This document shows, piece after piece, positions 24,839 to 32,000 of a DNA stretch of 32,000 nucleotides. Positions within the stretch are counted from its first letter, which is position 1. Each line of letters begins with the position of its first letter. The translations under genes and the position numbers were made by a program. The notes beneath the pieces are model-generated. The model had not been told where the DNA came from, made no database searches, and was given only the letters and a program-made list of their open reading frames with translations. The stretch is from Candidatus Electrothrix yaqonensis (GTDB lineage: Bacteria; Desulfobacterota; Desulfobulbia; Desulfobulbales; Desulfobulbaceae), in assembly GCA_047651235.1 (NCBI GenBank), contig CP178758.1:120001-152000 (forward strand), in the 5' to 3' direction.

Positions 24839-26818
24839 TCAGCAGGTTGCGCAGGTCCGTTTATCAATGACTAAATCAACGTGATACGGTTCTGTGCTGC
24901 CGAAAGTACAATTACCTTTGATAAACTGCTGATACAGAAGCTGGGTCGAGACAATCAGGCAGAAGGCCATATTATCCAGCTCTGATATCTGACTGCTTTT
25001 CTGCACCTTCTTGGTGAGCAGGGAAATTTTATTAAAATCGAACAGTCCGGCATCTTTGATTGTTTTTTCGTTAATACTGTCTACTGCAGGGCTGTCATCA
25101 TGGCCGAGCAGGGCCTTGGCTATGGGTGCCCGATACGGGTGCTTCGGTCGCTGCACTATCTTCGTGGGTAATTCCTTGGCAAATATTTTTTTCAGGATAA
25201 ATTTTTCCTGAATGCCGGAGATTTTCCAGCGTGCCGGAATCCCGGCAAGATAGTCCAAGACCCGGTAATCTAAAAACGGCAGCCGTATTTCCAGTGAATG
25301 CCCCATAGCAACCCGGTCACCCTGAGTGGACAGCAGGTAGTTGCTCATAAACAGACTGCTCTCCAGATACTGGGCTTTTGATAGGGCATCCCGGCTGCTG
25401 AAGCCGGAGGGAAGGCGCTGCCGCAGATCCTCCTGTGCATCATAACCGGCTGTTTCGTTTCGGAACTGCTCACTCCAGAACGATTTTATTCGGCAGGTAT
25501 TTTCCCAGCGGATCGCATGTGAATAAAAGGGATTATCAACGTCCTGCAACCCTTTGGCAAAAAAGGCCTGGAGCATTTTTTTTATCCGCTGATTTTTAAA
25601 AATATACGGATACAGCGTTCCGAGCAGATCGGCCCGCATTTCAGACGCAGGCTGACGGGCCCAGAATCTCCGAATTTTGTTCTCTCGGAAGATATTATAC
25701 CCACCGAAGAATTCATCCGCGCCTTCACCGGTCAGAACAACTTTATAGCCTGCATCACGGACTCTTTCCGACAACAAAAATAACGGGACAGGGGCTGTCC
25801 GCATCATCGGGCTTTCGGCGTGGTAGATCACCTGCGGAAAGTTGTCGGCTATTGCCCGGCCTGACGCGGTCAGTTCAGTATGCCTGGTCTGAAGATGCCG
25901 GACCATCACCTGCTGAAAATCGCTTTCGTCAAAATCCTGGTCTTCAAACCGAATACCGAAGGTGCTCAGCTTGTTGTCGAAATTATGGACAATCTTGGCT
26001 GTAATACCCGACGAATCCAGGCCGCCGCTCAGATAGCTGCCCACCGGTACATCTGCCCGCAGGCGAATCCTGATTGCATCGGTCAGTAACGCATCCAGTT
26101 CTTCAACAGCAGAGGGCAGGTCCAGATCAGATTTTACCGGTTGTTGAAATGGAGTTTCCCAGTAGCGTTGAATCGTGATGTGACCGTTTTTGAGGGAGAG
26201 ATAATGGCCCGGCGGAAGCTCCTTGACCCCCTTAAATGCGGTATGGCCAGGCAGGGTTGTCCAGAATGTGAAAATCTGGTCCAATCCGACCGGATCAAAT
26301 TCACGCTGTATTTCCGGGAACTGAAACAACGCCTTTATTTCCGACCCGAACACCAGTTTGTCCTGAAAAACTGTATAAAAAAGAGGCCGGATACCGACCC
26401 GGTCTCTTGCCAGAAACAGCTCCCGATTCTTGCTGTTCCAGACGGCAAAGGCAAATTGACCGTTCAGCCTGTTCAGACATGCAGGCCCCTGTTCCTCAAA
26501 CAGATGCAGCAGAACTTCGGTATCAGTCTTTGTTGTGAAGGTGTGTGGTTTAAGCAGTTCACCCTTCAATTCTGGATAATTAAAAAATTCCCCATTATAG
26601 GTTATCCATAGCTCCCCGCTCTCGTTGGAAAGCGGCTGAATACCACCTGTCAGATCGATAATACTCAGGCGGCAATGGCCTAAGGCCGCCCAATCGTCAA
26701 GATAAACGCCTGCTTCATCCGGTCCGCGGTGCCGGATTGCCGACAGCATAGCACGTATTGTGTCGGTCTGCGGATATACAGCAGACTGTATTCCACATAC
26801 TCCGGCTATCCCGCACAT
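24839..26818 (-). CDS. Asparagine synthetase B family glutamine-dependent amidotransferase
   Basis: N-terminal nucleophile MCGIAG (class II GATase) and synthetase PP-loop YLSGGLDSSGI. Length is 659 aa. Confidence 0.9.
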   Translation of the reverse strand: MCGIAGVCGIQSAVYPQTDTIRAMLSAIRHRGPDEAGVYLDDWAALGHCRLSIIDLTGGIQPLSNESGELWITYNGEFFNYPELKGELLKPHTFTTKTDTEVLLHLFEEQGPACLNRLNGQFAFAVWNSKNRELFLARDRVGIRPLFYTVFQDKLVFGSEIKALFQFPEIQREFDPVGLDQIFTFWTTLPGHTAFKGVKELPPGHYLSLKNGHITIQRYWETPFQQPVKSDLDLPSAVEELDALLTDAIRIRLRADVPVGSYLSGGLDSSGITAKIVHNFDNKLSTFGIRFEDQDFDESDFQQVMVRHLQTRHTELTASGRAIADNFPQVIYHAESPMMRTAPVPLFLLSERVRDAGYKVVLTGEGADEFFGGYNIFRENKIRRFWARQPASEMRADLLGTLYPYIFKNQRIKKMLQAFFAKGLQDVDNPFYSHAIRWENTCRIKSFWSEQFRNETAGYDAQEDLRQRLPSGFSSRDALSKAQYLESSLFMSNYLLSTQGDRVAMGHSLEIRLPFLDYRVLDYLAGIPARWKISGIQEKFILKKIFAKELPTKIVQRPKHPYRAPIAKALLGHDDSPAVDSINEKTIKDAGLFDFNKISLLTKKVQKSSQISELDNMAFCLIVSTQLLYQQFIKGNCTFGSTEPYHVDLVIDKRTCATC

Positions 26819-27066
26819 CTGATTTTGGAATCCAGAAAATGGCAGATATTATTTATTGAGTCGAGATTTTCAGGAATGATTTCATCGCCCTGAATTTTTA
26901 TCTGAAATTTCTCCTCCAGAAAACTGATAACCTCCAGCACACCTGTAGAATCAATAATCCCGTTCTCCAGCAGGGAAGAATCTCCTTCAAGGTTATGCTT
27001 ATTGCCGAACAGAAAATGTTCAACAATAAAATCATCAACCACATTGTAATACTCTGATTTTTGCAT
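26806..27066 (-). CDS. Acyl carrier protein
   Basis: 86-aa acidic protein with the phosphopantetheine-site pattern GIIDSTGVLEVISFLEEKF. Its 3-prime end overlaps the AsnB-like start by 13 nt. Confidence 0.85.
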   Translation of the reverse strand: MQKSEYYNVVDDFIVEHFLFGNKHNLEGDSSLLENGIIDSTGVLEVISFLEEKFQIKIQGDEIIPENLDSINNICHFLDSKIRCAG

Positions 27067-27231
27067 CTGAATCCCTGTAAAATTATCAGAAAAGCACTGC
27101 CGTGACGACTATCCGGAGGAGTTACGCAGCTGGATTTGTAGCCTTCTGATTTTATCCGGCTAAATATTCGTATCGTTTAAAAAACGAGCCTATTGTAGTA
27201 ACTTAACACTTGGCACTTGGATTTTCTGTTT

Positions 27232-29793
27232 TCAGCAGCGCACCTCCTGCCCTAAATAACCTTCAAGTATTTCGGCGAGTTCCTGAGACTTGAGATCCTG
27301 AAATATCTCATTATGTGTTCCCTGAAGCACATGGAAACAAAATTCACCTGTTATAAATTCAGCCCAGCTTCTTGCCCAGACATTCCTGCCTTCTTTTTCC
27401 TTCTCGTGATATTCACCGCTCCGAAAAAGGACGGTTTTTCCTGTATACACACGGGGTACATATTTCCTGAAAGCCTCCTCATGAGCATCCCGGACTTTAT
27501 GGATTATTTCCAGCTGCTCAGGGGGCCTGTCTGTCTTTAATTTACGGCGGTAGCGACGGCGGAGAAAAGTGAAATCCAGGAAAGCATGAAGCAGTTGACC
27601 TTTTCTGATATGATAGAATACCTGCCGGAGGTAATAAGCTGCCTTTTCAGACGGACTCTTGCTCTTCTTCGCATCAGGGACTACCCGGAGGGGAGGGCCG
27701 GGGTCGAACAGAGCGAGCAGGGAAACCGTACAGCCCTGCGCCTGAAGCTGTTGAGCCATCTCAAAGACGACTTGAGCACCAAAGCAGGTCCCGCCAAGGC
27801 AGTAAGGGCCTTCCGGGTGAGCATTCCGTATCGCCTTGAGATAATACGCTGCCATCTCTTCCACCTCATTCTGAGGCACCTCTCCCTCTTCAAAGCCGAG
27901 CGGCTGGAGTCCGTAAACCGGTTGGTCCGCTCCTAAATGACGAGCATGATACACAGCACGCAATGCGGTTTTTCCGGCCGGAGGCACATAAAAGAAAGGC
28001 GTCCTGCTGCCGTTAGGCTGAATCGGGACCAGCGGAGAGCAGGAAGCTGAATATCCTGTACCTCCGATCAGTTCAGCCATCAGCCTGACCGTCGGTGCTT
28101 TGATCAGGCTTTCCATAGGCAGCTGTCTGCTGAATTGCTTTTCAATTTCAGCAAACAATTCTATAGCCAGCAGAGAATTTCCGCCCAGCTCAAAGAAGCT
28201 GTCCTCCCTTCCCACAGCGTCTGTCTGCAGAAGCCTTTTCCAGATATTGACCAGCTGCAGTTCCAGGATATTTTTCGGTGTATCTTCGGGTGCTCCGGCA
28301 GCTTCGGGAGCAGTCTGCGGCAGCTGAGCCAGGCAGGGAAAATCTGTAATCCGGCGTTCCGGATCAGCGGTGATTTCTGTGAGCAGCTGCTGAAAAGCTT
28401 CTGCCATGTACGGCGCTGCCTCACATAACCCTTCCCTGTACTGGACCAGCCCGGTCAGCCCCTGAGCACTCTCTTTACAGTATAATACCAGATCAAACTG
28501 ACTTATCTCTCCCGAATCCGCCTCGAACGCCTCTGTCCGGACATTGGAAAAGCAGAGCTCCTGCATTGAAGTATTCTGCAGAACAAACAGGACCTGAAAG
28601 GAGGGAGCCTGACCTGTCTCGGAATGCAGCATTTCCACCAGCTTGTCAAAAGGCATGTCCTGATGCTGGACGGCCCCGAACATCATCTCCCGAATCCTGC
28701 CCAGCAGCTCCAGAAAAGACAGGCTGCCCGACATATCCGTCCGCAGAAGCAGGATATTGGCGAACAGACCGACAAGACGCCTGACTTCGGCCCGATTACG
28801 TCCTCCGAACGATGAAAAGACCAGCATATCCTGCTGTCCAGTACAGCGGAACAGCAGAGTCTGAAATGCTGCAAGGAGCGTCATGAATAATGTCACATCG
28901 TTGGGCTTGTTGAACGCTTTGAGGGAGCCGAGAGTCCGGGAGGAAACTTCAAACGGTTGAAGAACTGCACTGCTATGACGACGGCCGGACAGATTCAGTC
29001 TGGGGAGACGGCCGGAGAGCCGGTCCAGCCAGTAACCCGATAGCTTCTCCATCACATCGCCCTGAAAATACTGCCGTTGCCAATGGGCAAAATCGAGATA
29101 CTGAACCGGAAGTTCAGGAAGCGGCGAAGGCTTTCCGGTGGAAAAAGCATCATACAGGGTGCTCAGTTCCTGTATAATCAATCCCTTGGACTGATCGTCG
29201 CTGCAGATCTGATGCATGAGCAGAAGCAGAACATAATCATCGCTGTCCAGCTGAAACAGATCGGCCCGCAGAAAGGGACCCTGTTGCAGATCAAACGGCT
29301 TCCGTACTTCCCGGCTGATCCTTTGGCGGGCCTCGTTTTCAGGTTCGGGAAAGGACCGGCAGTCCGTTACCGGCAGTTTCCTCTCCCAGTCGGACATGAT
29401 CTCCTGTGAGGGCAGCACTGTCCGCAGCACTTCATGACGGCGTATGATCTCGTTGATTCCCTGTTCCAGAGCCGGAATATTTACAGATCCCCGTAACCGG
29501 CGGACGAACGAAACATTGTAGACAAGATCCTGCGTCTCAAACCGGTGCAGTTCATAGAGGCGTTCCTGAGCAAACGAGAGCGGCGCAGTACCGGTTCGCG
29601 GTACCGGCTGCACAGGCGGCATTTTTCTCTGCTCCCTGGCAAGAGTCTGAAACAGTCCCCACAACGTAAGACCGTTCTGCTGTGCAGTACGGCCTGAATC
29701 TGATGGAGAAGTACGTGGACTGCTTCCGGCAGATGACGATGAATGTCCCGGCTTAACTGAAATTTTTGGGAACCCAGTTTCTGTGGATTGCAT
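27232..29793 (-). CDS. NRPS-like C-PCP-TE protein (no adenylation domain)
   Basis: Condensation motifs LSFAQERLYEL and RRHEVLRTVL, and MHQICSDDQS in place of HHxxxDG. PCP motif FFELGGNSLLAIEL. Thioesterase segment PFFYVPPAG...GPYCLGGTCFGAQVVFEMAQQLQ...GTHNEIF. I prefer the ATG at 29793, with a GGGAGG RBS 6 nt upstream, over the track's TTG at 29880. Confidence 0.9.
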   Translation of the reverse strand: MQSTETGFPKISVKPGHSSSSAGSSPRTSPSDSGRTAQQNGLTLWGLFQTLAREQRKMPPVQPVPRTGTAPLSFAQERLYELHRFETQDLVYNVSFVRRLRGSVNIPALEQGINEIIRRHEVLRTVLPSQEIMSDWERKLPVTDCRSFPEPENEARQRISREVRKPFDLQQGPFLRADLFQLDSDDYVLLLLMHQICSDDQSKGLIIQELSTLYDAFSTGKPSPLPELPVQYLDFAHWQRQYFQGDVMEKLSGYWLDRLSGRLPRLNLSGRRHSSAVLQPFEVSSRTLGSLKAFNKPNDVTLFMTLLAAFQTLLFRCTGQQDMLVFSSFGGRNRAEVRRLVGLFANILLLRTDMSGSLSFLELLGRIREMMFGAVQHQDMPFDKLVEMLHSETGQAPSFQVLFVLQNTSMQELCFSNVRTEAFEADSGEISQFDLVLYCKESAQGLTGLVQYREGLCEAAPYMAEAFQQLLTEITADPERRITDFPCLAQLPQTAPEAAGAPEDTPKNILELQLVNIWKRLLQTDAVGREDSFFELGGNSLLAIELFAEIEKQFSRQLPMESLIKAPTVRLMAELIGGTGYSASCSPLVPIQPNGSRTPFFYVPPAGKTALRAVYHARHLGADQPVYGLQPLGFEEGEVPQNEVEEMAAYYLKAIRNAHPEGPYCLGGTCFGAQVVFEMAQQLQAQGCTVSLLALFDPGPPLRVVPDAKKSKSPSEKAAYYLRQVFYHIRKGQLLHAFLDFTFLRRRYRRKLKTDRPPEQLEIIHKVRDAHEEAFRKYVPRVYTGKTVLFRSGEYHEKEKEGRNVWARSWAEFITGEFCFHVLQGTHNEIFQDLKSQELAEILEGYLGQEVRC

Positions 29794-30254
29794 AACATGC
29801 CTCCCGGTATAAATTGTATAACCGGTATAAGGTTTGTCTGTAAAAAAGCCAGCCGTCTTTCCTGTGCTGCTTTTGAGCAACTTTAATATTCAAAGATACA
29901 AAATCTTAGACTTCCAGTCAAGAAAAAATATTGGAATGCCAGGAAGATATATAGTATAAGTTATCATTCTTGTGTTCTGTTTAATATTTTTTACTGTATA
30001 ATCCAGAAATTAGACAGGCTATTGATAACATTCTGACGGTTACAAGATGAATTCAGCAATAGACCAATCGGCAAAAGGAACATATCCGTTTTCATCGGTA
30101 TTACAAATCGTGCCGCTGAACCAGGATGTTGAGTAAAGTGAGTAAAGATCCAAAGCGAAGCCAGCTTCAGTTTGGAAAAAATTCCGGATTTGCATCTTGA
30201 CTGTTTGAAATATGCAGATATAGGTCAACATGGCCAGAACAGTTTCAACGCATC

Positions 30255-30540
30255 ATGCGTACATGTTCAAATCTGACTCTGGATTTCCCTCTGGAATCAT
30301 CTGTCAATTATAGGGTATATCACATCCCGTGTGATAATATTCTTATTGGCAGAGGTCCGTTCACAATCTCGAAGGTCCTCACCGACAACGGAAAGGAGTT
30401 CACCTGTCGTTTCTGTCCGTCCGGAGAGCATGAGCCGACGGGAAACATCTGTTCGGAAGTGTGCCGATCAGTCGGGGCTTGACATGCATCACCAGTCTAT
30501 CGCTGCGACGCCCGGCTGCAGCGTCAGTTCATCTTTCTTG
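30255..30540 (+). pseudogene. Decayed fragment of a DDE (rve/integrase-core) transposase
   Basis: KVLTDNGKEFTCRFCPSGEHEPTGN resembles the integrase-core block ...LTDNGKEFT...F...E..P.G. A stop follows, then a frame shift to GLDMHHQSIAATPG (compare GIEHRLT.P..PQTNG). No intact ORF and no terminal repeats were identified. Confidence 0.45.
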
Positions 30541-30682
30541 TACGGAATATATTGTTTTTTCTTTCCGCTGCAACTATGTTATATATTCTATGCTGCATAA
30601 CCTATGCAGAGTTTTTCATAAACTCCGGAATCACCGGATATGCTGAAGAGAAAGAAAGAACAGTGACGCCGCGAAACGCTCT

Positions 30683-32000
30683 ATGTTTTTTGCAGATTGG
30701 ACCGATATTTCTGTTTTTCCGCGCAGGCTGAAGGCTGCCCTGCTGCTGTTTGCCTTTGCAGCAGGACTATCAGGAGTCGGCGGATGCGTCGGACATACAC
30801 CTTCTGCCCGTAAGGGGAAAGGGATAAAGCCTGCATCTTCTGTCAGCAGAAGTAAAGCCGATCAGGCGGTTGATTCTGCTGAGTCGGATTCTGATAAATC
30901 TGCACCTGAAATCACCGGAGAGAAAGAAACAGCAGATTACAGCTGCAGTTATTTCCAGTTTCTCCGGGGGCGTCATGCTGAACTGGCCGCAGAATATGAA
31001 GAGGCGCTTGCCTGCTACGAAAAGTCTTTGCGCTGCGACCGGGATGCTGATTTTGTTTTCCGTAAAATCCCTCTGCTCCTCCTCCATCTGAACCGCAGTG
31101 ACGAGGCGGTTTCCAGATTAAAAAAATATTTAACCGATCATCCTGAAGATACGATGTCCAGGCTGCTGCTGGCCAAAATTTTTATCCGTCAGGACGAATT
31201 CGAAAAAGCCGCCCGGCAGTACCGTGAAATTCACGGTCTGCATCCTGATGAGACCGGTTCCCAGATTCTGCTTGCAGAACTTTATCTTGCCGAGAATAAA
31301 ACAGATAAGGCTGAATCAGTCCTGCGGGACATTCTTACTGCGAATGATGACTCCTATCCGGCCCATCTCCTGCTGGCCCGGCTGCTGATTGCGGAAGAAG
31401 ATTTTGCAGCAGGCCGACGGCATTATCAGCAGGCCCTCGATCTTCTCTGGTCTGAAGAGCTGCAGATGGAACTGGCCGAGGTGCTGATCCGGCAAAAAAA
31501 GTATGCCCGCGCAGTTGAAATGTATCAGGAGATCCTGCAGCATGACGAGCTGAACGAGGAGGTCAGAATTTCACTGGTTCAACTGTACCTCCTGCAGGGA
31601 AAAGAAAAAAAGGCCATGGCCGAGCTGAGGCGGCTGAAGAAGAACACGCAGCATCTGGAACAGGTTGAACTGGGCGTTGTCCGGTTGTATATCCGTTGGG
31701 AAAAGTACGACAGGGCCATCCGTCTGCTGGAAAAACTGCTGCAGAGGAAGGAGCTGTCCGGGGCCCGGTATCTGCTTGCCGTGCTCCGTTTTCAGGAAAA
31801 GCAGTATGACGTGGCCTTGCGTGACCTGAAAAAAATCGGTCCGGATGCCGGGGAATATGAAGATGCTGTTTTTCTGCAGGTCCGCACGCTGCAGGAGCTG
31901 GAACGGCATAAGGAGGCTGTCCGGCTTCTGGAGTCGGCTGTTGCCGAAGAAGAAGGACGGACTCCAGATCTGTATGTTCTGCTTGCCGGAATATATGAGT
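30683..32000 (+). CDS. TPR-repeat lipoprotein; 5-prime part only, continues beyond the window end
   Basis: Not in the ORF track because it has no in-window stop. The ATG at 30683 gives MFFADWTDISVFPRRLKAALLLFAFAAGLSGVGGC, a signal peptide with a lipobox-like VGGC. More than 350 aa of TPR-like helical repeats follow (AEYEEALACYEKSL..., FEKAARQYREIH..., YARAVEMYQEIL...). Confidence 0.8.
   Translation, partial: MFFADWTDISVFPRRLKAALLLFAFAAGLSGVGGCVGHTPSARKGKGIKPASSVSRSKADQAVDSAESDSDKSAPEITGEKETADYSCSYFQFLRGRHAELAAEYEEALACYEKSLRCDRDADFVFRKIPLLLLHLNRSDEAVSRLKKYLTDHPEDTMSRLLLAKIFIRQDEFEKAARQYREIHGLHPDETGSQILLAELYLAENKTDKAESVLRDILTANDDSYPAHLLLARLLIAEEDFAAGRRHYQQALDLLWSEELQMELAEVLIRQKKYARAVEMYQEILQHDELNEEVRISLVQLYLLQGKEKKAMAELRRLKKNTQHLEQVELGVVRLYIRWEKYDRAIRLLEKLLQRKELSGARYLLAVLRFQEKQYDVALRDLKKIGPDAGEYEDAVFLQVRTLQELERHKEAVRLLESAVAEEEGRTPDLYVLLAGIYE

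Noticed and set aside
29794-29880. TTG-initiated 29-codon extension of the C-PCP-TE ORF
   Set aside because: The internal ATG at 29793 has a GGGAGG Shine-Dalgarno at ideal spacing. The extension has no supporting signal.
30770-31909. Minus-strand ORFs 30770-31087, 31316-31543 and 31571-31909, plus + ORF 30870-31091
   Set aside because: They overlap the long open + frame that encodes a signal-peptide TPR protein, and their own products have no recognisable features.
1-32000. Scan for CRISPR arrays, tRNA/rRNA genes and intact IS elements or integrases
   Set aside because: I saw no regularly spaced direct repeats, no cloverleaf-like or rRNA-like sequences, and no intact transposase or integrase ORF. 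Only the decayed fragment at 30255-30540 turned up.

Overview
All family assignments below come from motifs I recognised by eye. No searches or alignments were run.

The window is a chromosomal segment. Its gene content looks like a Desulfobacterota-type anaerobe, which I cannot verify.

Core: a + strand complex I operon, nuoD-H-I-J-K-L-M-N (6131-19159). There is no nuoEFG between nuoD and nuoH, and no nuoABC directly upstream. Three visibly AT-richer accessory cassettes interrupt or flank it:
- a methyltransferase plus putative restriction endonuclease between nuoH and nuoI (8408-11038), tightly packed against nuoH;
- a 1.9 kb block of small genes between nuoL and nuoM (14311-16207): orphan DUF2442, an 83-aa ORF, DUF4160-DUF2442 and a Uma2-like nuclease. 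Its sub-cassettes are bracketed by diverged duplicates of the nuoL 3-prime end and of the Uma2 5-prime end;
- a second R-M pair just after nuoN (19273-20656): a beta-class DPPF methyltransferase and a BglII-like endonuclease.

Left flank: an ABC-2 exporter on the minus strand, a membrane metallophosphoesterase, a DUF29 gene, and the candidate I rank highest. That candidate is a 119-aa helical protein whose C-terminal 16 aa are nearly identical to the N-terminus of the adjacent NB-ARC-TPR STAND ATPase. This is the architecture of NLR/amyloid-motif (Bell/BASS, HET-S/NWD2-like) cell-death signalling pairs.

Right flank: a minus-strand biosynthetic cluster (21217-29793). It encodes a C-PCP-TE protein with a noncanonical HQxxxDD condensation motif and a GxCxG thioesterase, an ACP, an AsnB-type amidotransferase, an acyl-AMP ligase, a NadE-like PP-loop enzyme and an exported protein. 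After it come a decayed transposase fragment and a TPR lipoprotein gene that runs off the window.

I saw no rRNA, tRNA or CRISPR array.
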